From Thecamonas trahens ATCC 50062 (taxonomy: Eukaryota; Protista; Apusomonadida): a stretch of 64,000 nucleotides of DNA. Below the pieces are notes generated by a model, which saw only the letters and a list, made by a program, of their open reading frames with translations, had not been told where the DNA came from and made no database searches. The stretch lies in the NCBI RefSeq assembly GCF_000142905.1, contig NW_013657638.1:1-64000 (forward strand), given 5' to 3'. Made by a program: the position numbers and the translations under genes. Shown here piece after piece: positions 44,893 to 57,134 of this stretch (positions within the stretch are counted from its first letter, which is position 1; the number at the start of each line of letters is the position of its first letter).

Positions 44893-45282
44893 ATGTCGAC
44901 GACATTGTGGCGTATCCTGTGTGTGGTGGTGGGCGTGATGAGTAGCTGTGCTTTGGCCACAATACCCTGCAACGTCACCTCGGCTTGCCTCCCCTGCACC
45001 CCGACCGAGGCGCTGGAGAGCTTCTGCGCCGCCACGGGCTTACGGCAGGAGATGACCTGCGCGACAGAGACTTTTGACACGGATGGATCGGTGACACTCT
45101 CCTACCGCCACTGTGGCGCCGAGGATGGCTCATCCACTTCGTTCTGGCTCTTCCAGCTCATCATGTCGCTACTGGGCGCTCTCGCCGCCGCCTTTGTCTT
45201 TGTCCGCTCTCGCTGGCATCAGCGCATGCTCCACTCGCGCATCGCCAAGCAAGTCGGGGTCTCGCGTCGCGCTGTTCGCTGA
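44893..45282 (+). CDS. JTB: JTB (jumping translocation breakpoint)-like small type I membrane protein
   Basis: Signal peptide, six-Cys ectodomain C...CLPC...FCAATG..QEMTC...YRHC, FWLFQ plus TM, basic tail RIAKQV. Confidence 0.75.
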   Translation: MSTTLWRILCVVVGVMSSCALATIPCNVTSACLPCTPTEALESFCAATGLRQEMTCATETFDTDGSVTLSYRHCGAEDGSSTSFWLFQLIMSLLGALAAAFVFVRSRWHQRMLHSRIAKQVGVSRRAVR

Positions 45283-45321
45283 CCGCACATCGCCACATCG
45301 CACACTGCTTTCTGGCTACCT

Positions 45322-48241
45322 TTACTGCATCAGTGCCGCGTTGAGCTCGTGGTCTTCGCTGGCGCCGGTCATGACCATCTCGGCGGGCATCGAGGCAAAC
45401 TCGGGCGCGTCGTCGGGATCGATCATAAAGATCGAGACCTTCAGATACAGCGGCTTGGTCGCCTGGGCGATGTTGCCGACAAGCGAGCCGAGCTTGAACT
45501 TACCGGTCACCTTGCCGCGCTGGAGGAGCGCGGCGAGTGGGATGGAGACGGTGCCACCGGCCGAGCGCTCGCGCGAGACAACGTCAAAGACGGCGGCCGG
45601 GAACTTGTCGAGCCAGACCTGCAGGCCCGAGTACGAGCAGTGGAGGTGGATGTCGTCGGTGGTGTTGAACTCGAGCGGCGCGGCGTCCGAGACAAACAGG
45701 ACCGACGGCGACGAGAACTCCTGGCCGAGCACCGAGTAGTCTACCTTCCACTGCTCACCAGGCTCGGCGGAGAGGTGGACGACAGAGTGGATCATGAGCT
45801 TGACGAGCCAGGTTCGCTCGCGGACGGCGTCGGTGTAGTCGTGGCTCGCAAACTTGGCCGAGAGCGCAGACATGTGCGCGAGCAGCTGCGCCTCGTCCGA
45901 CTCGTCGAGCTGGGTGACAAAGAACGACGCGTCGGTGCTCGCGCCGCCCACCCCACTGCCGCCGCCGCCAAACACCGCCGGCTCGGCCAGCGCCGAGCTC
46001 GACGCAAACCGCGTCGACTGCGAGTGTCGCGTGTGGTCCGGCAGAGACTCGAGGAAACCGTGCTTGTTGGGGATGATGGCCATCCACTCCTCGGGCAGTG
46101 GGTCGACGCTAAAGTAGCCCGGGTCGACTGGGATGTACACGCCCTGGTGGCGGGCCATCTCAAAGACCGACGGATCGACCGTGTTGAGCTTGACAAAGCC
46201 AAGCGTGGCCTTGAGCCCACACTCGGCCATCTCGCGAGTTGAGAACAGTTGAAAGTAGTCGAGCTTGGAGACGAGGCCCGACTGGAACTGCTTGAGGTAG
46301 AGCGAGGTCGACGAGAGCGGCTTGGCATGGACGGTGGAGAAGAGCTTGATCTCGATCTTGACCTGCCGCTCGAGAAACTCGACAAGGCCGGCGTCGTCGG
46401 CCCAAAAGTGGAAGACCCGCAGCTTGTGGACCGGGACGACCGAGCCCTCAACGAGCTCGAGCGGAATGCGCGTTGTGTACTGGAACACCGTGTACTCGAG
46501 GTAAAAGGTGCCGTCGCCAAAGAGCGACACCAGGTCCGGCGTGTCGTAGAGCTCGTGCAGAAAGGTGATGAACCGGACAAGTCGCATGTTAGCCGGCCGA
46601 AAGTTGGTGTCGTCCGGTGCCACTTGGACCGCCTCGCCAAACGAGAACGCATACTCCCACGCCGCCGGCATCGGTTTGGACGGGGTCATCAGCGCTCGTG
46701 ACTCGGACCGCCGCCCCGACGCCGACGCCGCTAGCAGCGCCGAGGGCGTTGCACTCCGCATCGGTGTCGCCGGCGTGCCGAGCGTCGTCATCGCCGACGG
46801 CGAGAGGCTGAACGAGCCGAGTGGACCGAGCGAAATGTCGCCGCCGCTAGCAGTACCAGCGAACGCCAGCTCGCCCCCGCCCCGACTGCAGGGTCGTCCT
46901 CCGATGGCAGGACTGAAGGCCCGGCGGCGACGGGGACGCCAATCGCCGCTGCAAACTTGGTCACCATCCGCTTGAGCTTCTGCTCGGTGAGGTACAGGTC
47001 GTAGCAGAAGCGGCAGACCCTGGCCGGCGCGTAGAACTTGGCCTTGTCGTCGGCAATGATGGTCGACGCGTCGAGGAGCTGGAACCAGCGGAGCTCGATG
47101 CCGCGCGACTTGAGGTGGTGGACCGTCTCCAGAATCATCTTGAGCGTTAGCTCGTAGATGAGCTCCTCGGACGAGCACCTCGTCTTGCAGCACCCGCAGG
47201 TGAGCATGAGCAGGTAGTCTTTGGAGACCATCTCGCGCTCGGCCGGCGTCTGCACATGCGCCTCGCCCTTGTCGCGCGCCTCAAAGTGCGCGAGGCACTT
47301 TGGCGTGAGCGTAAAGTGCTTGACCTGCAAGAACCACCACTGCGAGCCGGCGTCCTTCATAAAGTCGGCAACGAGCTGCGCAAACTGTGGACGCGGCGTC
47401 ACGTTCTGCTCCACATACTGCACAATCGAGTTGGTCATCTCCGCCACTTCGCCAAGCGAGCGCCCGGTGAGCTTGAACACCGTCGTCGCTCCCGCGTCGC
47501 CGGTCTGGGTGCAATACCGCCGCTTAAAGTCGGTCGTTGAAATGTCGTCCACCGCAATGTTGTTCGAGATGACATACGCCTTGCACGCCTTGCCCGCCTC
47601 CCACACGCACCGCACAATGGTGGCCTTCTTGCCCTTAAAGTTGACAAACTTCTGGATGCAATACGGCGCGTTGGGCGGCGACGAGAGCACTGGCGCGAGC
47701 GTCGCGTCGAGAGCAGCGTAATATCGTTCGAGGTGAACGGCGACGAGTGCGCCGGCCGCTTGAGAATCGCTACCAGCACGTCTGCTAGATCGTCCGTGTC
47801 CGAATGCCCGAGCCGCTCCATGACATGGTGGTCGGCTCCGTCGTCGGTCCGATACACATACCCGTCGGCAGAGGTGTAGTACCAATGCATGACGTCCATC
47901 TCGCACACAATGGTGTCGGGCATCCGCAGCTTGAGCCGTCCTCCGCGTCGCCGCTGCTCCTCCCGCGTCCCCTCTGGCCGCGGCGCGAGCAGCTGATAGA
48001 ACCGGATGCCCGGCTTGATAGGCAGCTCCTTGTAGTCGTGGGCTGCATAGTCAAACGCCACTCGCTTCAGTAGCGCCTCGCTCGCCTTGCGCTGCAGCTC
48101 CAGAATCGGATCCACCCCGCCGTCCTCATCCGAGTCCGACCCGCCGCCGCCAAGATTCCGAAACGGCGTCGACCTCACCGGCAGCGCCTTTCGCGCCACA
48201 TCGCCCTCGTCTTCTTCCTCGTCCTCATACGTCGGCCCCAT
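45322..48241 (-). CDS. Large uncharacterised protein: degenerate ATP-grasp-like domain, CxxC zinc pair, C2-like domains; frameshifts at about 47705-47712 and 46874-46878; start uncertain
   Basis: ORFs 47435..48268, 46788..47906 and 45322..47193 chain together with single-base insertions. Motifs YCIQKFV, LVADFMKDAGSQWWFLQVK, CGCCK...VCRFCYDLY, and beta-rich FYLEYTVF / WLVKLMIHSV. Confidence 0.7.
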
Positions 48242-48296
48242 GACATCATCAAAGCTCTTGTCCGCCACCCGCCCCCGATCCCTGTCGTCCCGCGCA

Positions 48297-48361
48297 GCGC
48301 AGCCGAATCAAGCGCAGCCGAATCAAGCGCAGCCGAGTCGAGCGCAGCCGAGTCGAGCGCA
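48297..48361. repeat. 15-bp tandem repeat x4 (gcgcagccga(a/g)tc(a/g)a)
   Basis: Seen directly. Confidence 0.9.
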
Positions 48362-49109
48362 GTGCAGAGCAGTGCAGCCAAAAGCGGTAGCGCAGCACAG
48401 CCAATCACCACCAACCCATGTGAGACCATATCATACAAGCCCCTCGCCCCTCCTCCGCCCCCCCCCCCCCCTTCCCCCCTTCCCCCTCCCCCCTTTCCCC
48501 CGTTCCCCCTTCCCCCCCCTCCCCCTCCCCCTCCCTCCCTCCCTCACCACCTCCACACGTACGCCGAGGGAGTCACAGCAGCCATGGGCGTGGTTCACAA
48601 CCACTTCCACAGTCAAAGGTGGGGATGAGTGTGGTCGCCTTGCTCGTGTGCAGGTGGTCTCGTCCGTGCCTGTGGTCTGGGTGCGGTGCCGGTTGTTTGG
48701 CCTCAAACCACCGCCGTTGGTTGGCGCGAAGCCCATCCATTCGTCCCCTCGTTCATCACCGTCTCTCCCCTCACGCCGCAATCTCAACTCGACTCCCGCA
48801 TCCTCTTACCACAACACCACAATACGGCGGCAACTCCTGAGCACACACCATCCCTCTCCCCCCCCCTNNNNNNNNNNNNNNNNNNNNNNNNNNNNNNNNN
48901 NNNNNNNNNNNNNNNNNNNNNNNNNNNNNNNNNNNNNNNNNNNNNNNNNNNNNNNNNNNNNNNNNNNNNNNNNNNNNNNNNNNNNNNNNNNNNNNNNNNN
49001 NNNNNNNNNNGACTCTACTTGTGCAACCCACCAACGTCGCCTCCCGGTCCACCCCCCCCCCCCCCCCCCCCCCCCCCACCCCTCATAGCACCACCCCTCT
49101 CCCCACCCC

Positions 49110-51304
49110 ATGCCTGTCCAGTACGCACATCCCACCGCTACCCCCCAACCCCGTATCTCCTCCTCCCGCACTCACCACCTTTACCAGACCGGGACTGGGC
49201 ACACCGGCGTCGCGCCTGGCGTACGTCCTGCTGAACCTTGTGGGACAGACCGTCCGGATCACCGTCACCACTGGGAGCACGTATGTGGGAAGGCTGCATG
49301 CTGCCGAGCCTATGGACGGATCGAGTCGTGTAGCTGCTGCAGATGGCGCTGCTACGGCGGCGGCGGGCGCGTCGGCTGGCGGCGGCCTCGGCATCGTTCT
49401 CCGCATGGCCCGCAAGGAGCCGGTCGATGCCTCGGCCCGGCCGCTCCGCATGGTCCTCTTCCGCCCGCAGGACGTGCTCTCGATCGTGGCCGACGACGCC
49501 CAGTTCCTGGAGGACATCCCGGGCTCGGGCACCTATGCCCGTGACGTCTTTTCTACCGATGGCGCTATCGCGGGCAAGGCCGGCCGCGCAGGCGGCGAGC
49601 GCGAGCTCGTCAAGTGGGACGTGGCTGGCGGCGACGAGACCGACTCGGCCCTTCTCTCGCTCGACGACCACAGCGGGTCGACAAAGTGGGATCAGTTTAA
49701 GGTCAACGAGGCCAAGTTTGGCGTCAAGACCGACTTTTCAGAGGAAAAGTACACAACAAAGCTCGACACCTCGGATGCACGCATCCGCGCCGTCCGCGAG
49801 GAGCACCGCAAGTACTACAAGACCGACAAGTCTGAATCGTACGAGTTTGCCGGCGACGATGCTGTCGACGAAGAAGACCGCTTTTCGGCTGTCATTCGTG
49901 ACACCCCAAAGGGCAAGGGCAAGTCCAAGGGCAAGGCCAAGGGAAAGGGCAAGGGTAACCCCAAGTCCAGCCCCCATGCCAACGCCAACGCCAACGCCAA
50001 CGCCAACGCCAACGCCAACGCCAACTCCAAGCCCAAGAGCAAGGGCAAGCGTGCCAGCCAGACCGACCCACCGCTCCCGCACTCTGGCGGCGCCTACGTC
50101 CCACCCGCTCGCCGTGGCCCGTCCTACGCCGCCGCTGCAGCTTCCGCCGCAACCAAGCCCAAGGCTGAGCCCGAGGCTGAGCCCAAGGCTGAGCCCAAGA
50201 CCAAGCCCAAGGCCGAGGCTATAATGACTCGCCTTGGGGTGGGATCAGTTTAAGGTCAACGAGGCCAAGTTTGGCGTCAAGACCGACTTTTCAGAGGAAA
50301 AGTACACAACAAAGCTCGACACCTCGGATGCACGCATCCGCGCCGTCCGCGAGGAGCACCGCAAGTACTACAAGACCGACAAGTCTGAATCGTACGAGTT
50401 TGCCGGCGACGATGCTGTCGACGAAGAAGACCGCTTTTCGGCTGTCATTCGTGACACCCCAAAGGGCAAGGGCAAGTCCAAGGGCAAGGCCAAGGGAAAG
50501 GGCAAGGGTAACCCCAAGTCCAGCCCCCATGCCAACGCCAACGCCAACGCCAACGCCAACGCCAACGCCAACGCCAAGCCCAAGAGCAAGGGCAAGCATG
50601 CCAGCCAGACCGACCCACCGCTCCCGCACTCTGGCGGCGCCTACGTCCCACCCGCTCGCCGTGGCCCGTCCTACGCCGCCGCTGCAGCTTCCGCCGCAAC
50701 CAAGCCCAAGGCTGAGCCCGAGGCTGAGCCCAAGGCTGAGCCCAAGACCAAGCCCAAGGCCGAGGCCAAGGCCGAGCCCAAAGCAAGCCCCAAGCCTAAG
50801 ATCAAGTCCAAGCTCAACCCAAACGCAAAGGAGTTTACGCTCAATCCGTCGGCGCCGGCATGGACGCCCAAGCCCAAGCCACCGCCACCGGCCCAAAACC
50901 CGCGTCCCATGGGCATGCCAGGCTACATGCCGCAGATGGGCCACCCCGCCCCGCTTGCGGCGCCCATAGGCCACCTCTACGGCGACGCGCTCGCCAGCCA
51001 GGCCTACCCGCCACCGGCAGGCGTTGACCCCAAGTGGCCCGGCGCGCCGGGCGAGGGCTCCTTCCGCTCGCAGGGCTCGGGCGAGATGAACCCGGCCCAG
51101 TACCAGCTGATGATGGCCCAGGCCCAGGCCCAGGCCCAGGCCGGCGCGTACTACGCCCCGCCGCATCCGTCACCACCGCCGACGCAGGCGCCCCAGCCGT
51201 ACCCGGGCGCGTACCACCCGCAGCACCCGAGCCACCAGCCGTACCCGTCGTACTTTCCTCCAGGCGCGGGCGCTCCGCCGCCGCACGGCCCGCCTCACCA
51301 GTAA
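49110..51304 (+). CDS. ATXN2: Ataxin-2/Pbp1 (LSm, LsmAD, PAM2); exon 1 49110..49120, exon 2 from 49188; interrupted by an internal ~530-bp duplication
   Basis: RLAYVLLNLVGQTV...YVG (LSm), FSTDGAI, ERELVKW, WDQFKVNEAKFGVKTDFSEEKYTTKLD and DEEDRFSAV (LsmAD), SKLNPNAKEF (PAM2); 67-nt phase-2 intron GTACGC...CTCAC...CAG. Confidence 0.93.
49686..50766. repeat. Near-identical tandem duplication (49686-50219 and 50239-50766) with a 19-bp spacer
   Basis: The copies differ by a 6-bp indel at the AACGCC repeat and one G/A substitution (aagcgt vs aagcat). Confidence 0.97.
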
Positions 51305-51315
51305 CACACACCTCG

Positions 51316-54300
51316 TCACGGGCCCTGCACGCCGCCGCCGGCCGCCGCCGCCGCCTGCGCCTGCTGCGCAAGCAGATACTGCTGCCGCTGCTGCGCCTGC
51401 ATCTGCATCGCCTGCATCTGCATCGCCTGCATTTGCGCCTGGTGCGCCGCCGCTGCCGGCGACGCCCCCCCGTTCGATCCCAGCGGGTCAAACGCCGCCA
51501 TGTACGGGTTCGACACCGCAAACGCAGAGCCGCCGCCGCCGCCGCCGTACTCGCCCATTCCCGTCGAAATGTACGGGTTGTTGTAGTAGTGGAGACTCGG
51601 TCCACTGTTGGCGTACGGCGAGAGCCCCGCTCCGTCCGAGCTGGCCCAAGGCGTGCCCGGCGGCGGCGCAAAGACACCGCTGCCAAACGGCCCGCTTGCT
51701 CCAACATTGGGCCCGAGCGACACGCCCGCGCCCGGAAGCTCTGCTGCCCGCGCCGGCGCCGCAAGCTCGGGGAAGAGCGATGGCGGCGGAGCCGAGACTC
51801 CGCTCCCGCTCTGCCCGCTGCCCGACGACGCAAAGTCGGTCGGCGCGAGCAGTGCCGAGAACACCGCCGTCGCAGACGAGTGCTGCGTCGCCTGGCCCGG
51901 CCTGGGCGTGCTGCCGTCGGCGCCGCGGACGCTCCGCTCCTCACTCTCGCTCCCGGCCTCGGCCGAGGCCGTGTCAAAGGTGAACGCCGTCGAGCGCTTG
52001 GCCTTGCGTGGGCGCGGGAGTCGGAACGACGCCAGCCGCAGATTGTACAGCGCGCCCTCGACAAGGAGCTCGTTGTCCTTGTAGTGTGAGATGAGGTCGT
52101 GCCAGAGCTGGTCGCGCGCGAGCGTCTTGGCATTGCCGACAATGATGAGCCCGTGCTTTGCCCGCGTCAGCGCCACGTTCAGCCGCCGCGGGTTCGAGAG
52201 GAACCCGATGCCCTGGTACTGGTTTGACCGCACGCACGAGAGCACAATGTAGTCCTTCTCGCGGCCCTGGAACTCGTCGACAGACGCAACCTCGACATCG
52301 GCGTACAGCTCCGGCCGGAGCTCGCCATTCCGCTGCAGGTACGAGAGCAGGTACGCCCGCTGCCCGGCGTACGCCGTGATGACGCCGACTTGCCCTGGCG
52401 AGACGCCCGTCCGGAACAGCGAGGTCACAATCTCCTCTACAGCCTGCGCCTCGGTCGTATTGAGGTACGACGAGCCCGAGGCCGAGAGCTCCTCGCGCGA
52501 CGCGGTGTGGAGGAAGAACGTCGGCCGCTTGGCATCGACCCACGGGAACTCGGCCGCAGACGCCAGCGCGTTCTCGGCCGGTTGGTACGAGTTGAGAAGC
52601 GTGCCCTCGTAAAAGGTGTTCGACGGAAAGGCCGAGATCGACGGATGCATCCGGTACTGCGTCTGCAGCCGCACCGGCCGATGGCCGAGACACACCAGCC
52701 GCTGGAAGAGCGAGACCGAGAGCCCGGCATTCGACGCTGGCGCAGACTTGATGACCGGGCCTAGCTGGTGCTGGTCGCCCACAAGAATGACCTGCCGCGC
52801 GCCCTTGACAATCGGGACCAGGCACTCGGGCTCGGTCGCCTGCGAGACCTCATCGATGAGCACTCGCTGGAACCGCCGCCGCATGAGCCGCGGGTCACCA
52901 GCGCCGATGCAGGTGCAGCAGATGACGTCAGCGGCGTCAAGAACCTCGCGCTCGGCAGCCAACGTCAGCGACCGCAGCTTCTTCTCGTCGCCCTGCGAAA
53001 GCGACCCGACTCGCTCCTTGAGTGCCGCAAGCTTGGCCAGCTGCGACTTGTTCGGCGTCTGAAGGTGGTTGACCTGGTAGTGGAGCGTGAGAAAGTCGAC
53101 TGGCGTGTCCACAGACTCGCGCGAGAACGCCGTCAGCCGCACCACACGCAGGCCGGTCGCGTGGATCTTCTCCGCCAGCTGGTCCACCGCCACGTTCGAT
53201 GGCGCCGTCACAAGAACCTGGTCGTGCCCGCTCGATGGCGCCGAGCGCACAAGGTGGTACACAAGCGTCGCCGACGTCACAGTCTTGCCGGTCCCGGGCG
53301 GGCCTTGGATGAGTGAGAGCGGCGCCGTCAGTGCAGACCGCACCGCCGCAACCTGCGACTCGTTGAGCGGCGGGAGGCCCGGCGCAGAGAGGTCGTCTGG
53401 CAGCACTGCCGCAAGCGCCATCGTCTTCACATCGTGCCCAAGGAGCCGGTGGTAGATGACGCCCGCCACAGACGCCTCGTCGGTGGCAAACGCACTCAGC
53501 GCCGTCTTCATCCTCATGAACGGCGTCGACTTGAAGATAAACTCGAGCTTGAACCTAGTCTCGCCCGCCGGCGGTGACTTGGCCGACGCCAGCTCAAGCA
53601 CAACCTCCTCCGCGGACGAGAGCCGGACCACCGTGCCCTTGTCGTTCCACTCACCGCCCACTGTCGAGAGCTTGAGCTCGTCGCCCGGCACCACCCGCAC
53701 CTCGAGCTCCGACGTGGCGAGCGTGAAGACCGCCACCCGCTTCTTGTTGAGCCCAAACTCGAACCGCGCCTGCACAATCTCAGACTGCGACTCCTTGAGC
53801 TTGCGGTCGTGGTCAGCCTCCATCGCAATGAGCGCCAAAAACGTGGCCTTGTACGCATACGCGTCCTGGTACCGCAGCGAGACCGGCGCGAGCTCGCCGG
53901 TCACAGCCTCGGACGTCAGATCCGCCAGTGTGCCCTCCGGATGCGACTGCCAGTACTCCTCCAGCCGGATGATGTCCTGCGTAGCCAGCCGCCGCGCCCG
54001 GAGCCACTCGTCCCGCGACGGCGTACCCACCAGCCACGAAACCAGCACCTTGTCGGCAATGATCGACGACCACGACGAGGTGTCGCGCTCTGTCTCGGGA
54101 TTCTGCGAGCACGCCCGGCACATCAGCATCACCACGTCGTCGTCCACCGCCACCAGCCACCCGAGTGTAAACACGTTGCTCGACTTGCAGCTGCAGCATT
54201 GCAGCACACTGGCGCCCAGCGACGACTTGGGATGCAGCGTCACCTCCTTATGCCGCGATCGAACAAGGTGGGACACAATATGCGATGCAGATCCCGTCCG

Positions 54301-55174
54301 CCCGTTGCAGAACCACTTGTTGCACCGGTTGCACTCGACGAGCGTGTCCGGGTTGTGGATTCCGCAATATCTGTACGCAGAGAGTCACGTCAGTCCCTCC
54401 TCCTTCCACCCAAGCTCACACACATATCCTCACAACCGGCCTTCTACAGCTCAACTACTTCTGCAACCTCGTTGCCGCACAGCGTGGCGCCGCGAGGTGC
54501 AAGATCTCCCCGTGCTGCTTGTCCGACAGCCACAAATCCGACAGGCGGGTCTAAGACACGGGTTGAACACACTCATCCCCTCCATTCTCCACCAACCCAA
54601 CTCCTCGCCCACGCCCATCTCCCATCGCTCCATCTCCACACCCGTTCTCAATTCCGCATCTCCACCCATGCGCCAGTCTCGGCCCCGAGTGCGCCTTGCT
54701 CTGCCCGCCACCGCCCGCCACTCGCGACTTCCAAACGAGTGGATCAAGTCGGACAATGGCGACGGGGGGGGAGGTGGGGGGGGAGGGGGACATAGTAGGC
54801 GCTTCCGGGGCCATGACGAGCAGACACAGACCAGATGTACATGGCCACCACGTACCCACAAGCTTCAGCAGGAATGTCATCTTCTCCCTCGGTGCCTTCT
54901 CCGCACAAGCCGTCTTCGTTTCCGTCCTTGCCACAACCCTCGGCCAGAAGAGCCTCCGAGTCGGCACCCGCACTCGGCTGGTGGTCACCGGCCTCGACAT
55001 CGGCTTCCCGTTCGGCGTTGGTGGCAGAGACAGAGGCTCGGCGGAGCTCTCTCCATTGGTTACTTCCTCGAGAGTCACCGCGTCAGAGGCCTTGCTCTCG
55101 CTTGGCTCCTGGCCCTCGTCGGTAGCCTTGGCCACGCTCGCGCCCACAAAGCTGAAATTGTAGTCGGACGACAT
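51316..55174 (-). CDS. UPF1: UPF1 nonsense-mediated decay helicase; exons 55174..54856 (one frameshift within about 55007-55090) and 54370..51316
   Basis: Spliced DIPAEAC|GYCGIHNP...CNKWFCNG...SHIVSHLVRSRHKEVTLHP (CH domain); LIQGPPGTGKT, IDEVSQATEPE, VGDQHQLGP, QYRMHP, VDEFQGREKD, RRLNVALTRAK; 485-nt intron GTACGT...ACTGAC...CAG. Confidence 0.97.
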
Positions 55175-55296
55175 GGACCAAGACGAGTGGCCATTCGCCC
55201 CGCCGCCCACCACTCTTGCTGGTGCCGGCCATCGGCAGTGGTATGTGTGCCTCCGGAGTCAAACGGCCTTTACAACGTCTGCTATTCGTCTGTACC

Positions 55297-56649
55297 TCAT
55301 GACTGTCCGCCGATCGGGACGTAGGGGGTGAGGGCAAGTGGCCGCCACATCTTCCACACGCAGAACAGTGCAGTAGCGAGGCCGAGGAGCGCCTCAGCGA
55401 TGGCCACAATAGAACCGATGAGCGTCGTGGTGTAGAGCAGTTCGGCTGTGTTGCTGCAGTGCGACGTGGCAAGCACAACAATGAGTACGTAAGCACCCCA
55501 GCTCCCAGCCACGAGCGACACAGCCCCCATGAGCGCCGCGATGCCGACGTCGGACCTCGTCGCCGGCAGCTGGAGCCAGCCACGCTTGTCGGCGATCGAG
55601 AGGCCGACTATGACGCTACAGGTGACAAAAAAGGCGCCGCCAGTGGCATAGGCGTAGATGCGCAGCCACCACGCCAGCGGCTTGTCACAACTCGCGTCGC
55701 GGTAGATATACCCAAGCACACCGCTCACCGCCATGTTGCTGGCGAGAGCGACAGCTAGCGCAAGGAGCAGCGCGTGGAGTGTTGCCCATGCCTTCCACGA
55801 CAGCGGCGGCCGCGAGAGCGCAAACGGCGCCACCACGCGCGGTGTTACGTACGTCACCTGCAGTACCGGCCGTGCCTCGTCGACGTAGGCCTCACGACGG
55901 CGGCGCAGCGACGGCCCACAGCCGCTCACTATCACCGACGGTACGTCATCACCGGACTGCTGCGTCGGGTGCATCAAGCTGCTGCCAAAGTCAGACGACG
56001 AGTCCTCAGACATCACCTGAGCGAGATCGTCAAAGTCCTCGTCCGAGTACGACGACGCCGGCTCGTGCGGCGGCGCGCCGGCGTGGTAGTTGGTGTACTT
56101 GGAGTAGACGGCATCAAACGGCAGCACGTCTGGCAGCGCTGCACCAGGGAACCCGCTCCGCCCCATGGTCAGCGACCGGAACGAGGTCGGCCGCGACGAC
56201 GAGGCAACAGTGCCGTCGTCAGGGCTCTCCTTTCCGCTCCGCCGTCCTGATCGTCCGCCGCCAGCGGCACTCCCTACACTCCCCGCACCTCCTGCACCAG
56301 CCGTGGTTGTAAACAGCGGCGCAACTTGCGTCCTTCGCGTACTTGCCCGTCCACCGTGTCCTCCACCATCGCCATACCGCCCTGCATCTTGCCTACCACC
56401 TCCGCCACCTGTTATCCCACCACCCGATTCCGCTGCAGCCATCATTCCCACCTCGCCAACACTGCCGCCTCCACTCACCACAGTGCTCCCCACAGAACCA
56501 GTCGCAGTCAGTCCACTTGCTGAAGCACCGGTACTGGTGCCAGCAGTGACAGCGGCGGGTGCGGGTGCGGTCACCGTCGTCGTTGTCAGAGTCGCCTCGG
56601 CTGGGCACTGTTCGTCGCTGCTGCTCCGTTGTCTTGTCCGTCTGGACAT
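55297..56649 (-). CDS. Uncharacterised protein with a disordered N-terminal half and four C-terminal TM helices
   Basis: Long ORF; TM segments with luminal Cys motifs SCDKPLAWWL and HCSNTAELLY. Confidence 0.7.
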   Translation of the reverse strand: MSRRTRQRSSSDEQCPAEATLTTTTVTAPAPAAVTAGTSTGASASGLTATGSVGSTVVSGGGSVGEVGMMAAAESGGGITGGGGGRQDAGRYGDGGGHGGRASTRRTQVAPLFTTTAGAGGAGSVGSAAGGGRSGRRSGKESPDDGTVASSSRPTSFRSLTMGRSGFPGAALPDVLPFDAVYSKYTNYHAGAPPHEPASSYSDEDFDDLAQVMSEDSSSDFGSSLMHPTQQSGDDVPSVIVSGCGPSLRRRREAYVDEARPVLQVTYVTPRVVAPFALSRPPLSWKAWATLHALLLALAVALASNMAVSGVLGYIYRDASCDKPLAWWLRIYAYATGGAFFVTCSVIVGLSIADKRGWLQLPATRSDVGIAALMGAVSLVAGSWGAYVLIVVLATSHCSNTAELLYTTTLIGSIVAIAEALLGLATALFCVWKMWRPLALTPYVPIGGQS

Positions 56650-57134
56650 GGCTCCAGCTCTCGTCTGTACGCGCTTGTCCTGTCTACGCCTTGCCTCCAC
56701 CCCCCTCTTGCCCCTCCCCCTGACCACTGGATGTGTCTTCGGTGGTGGAGTGGGGAGGTGGCCTCGGTCGAGTTGCTCTTGCTCTCCTCGTCCTCGCCTT
56801 TGGTCACTGGCCAGTTGGCAGCTGTCCGCCGGCAGGAAACAGTGTGGCCGTCATGCTAGAAGCCATGCTGGAAGCCATGCTCTGATCATGACAAAGACTG
56901 GTCCAAACCACACACCACATAGCATGTATCAACGTATACCATACACCTCCCCCCCCCCCCCCCCCCCTCCCCGTCATCACCTCCATCATCCAGCCGATCA
57001 GTCTCCCCTGCGATACACCGGCCCAGGCAGCCCTTGTGTCCTTCCAGCCCTGATCACAGGCGCCTGGCCCCCCCCCCCCCCCCCTCCCCTCCCACCCACC
57101 TCCCACCCCACTCTACGTGGCACCACGCAAACAG

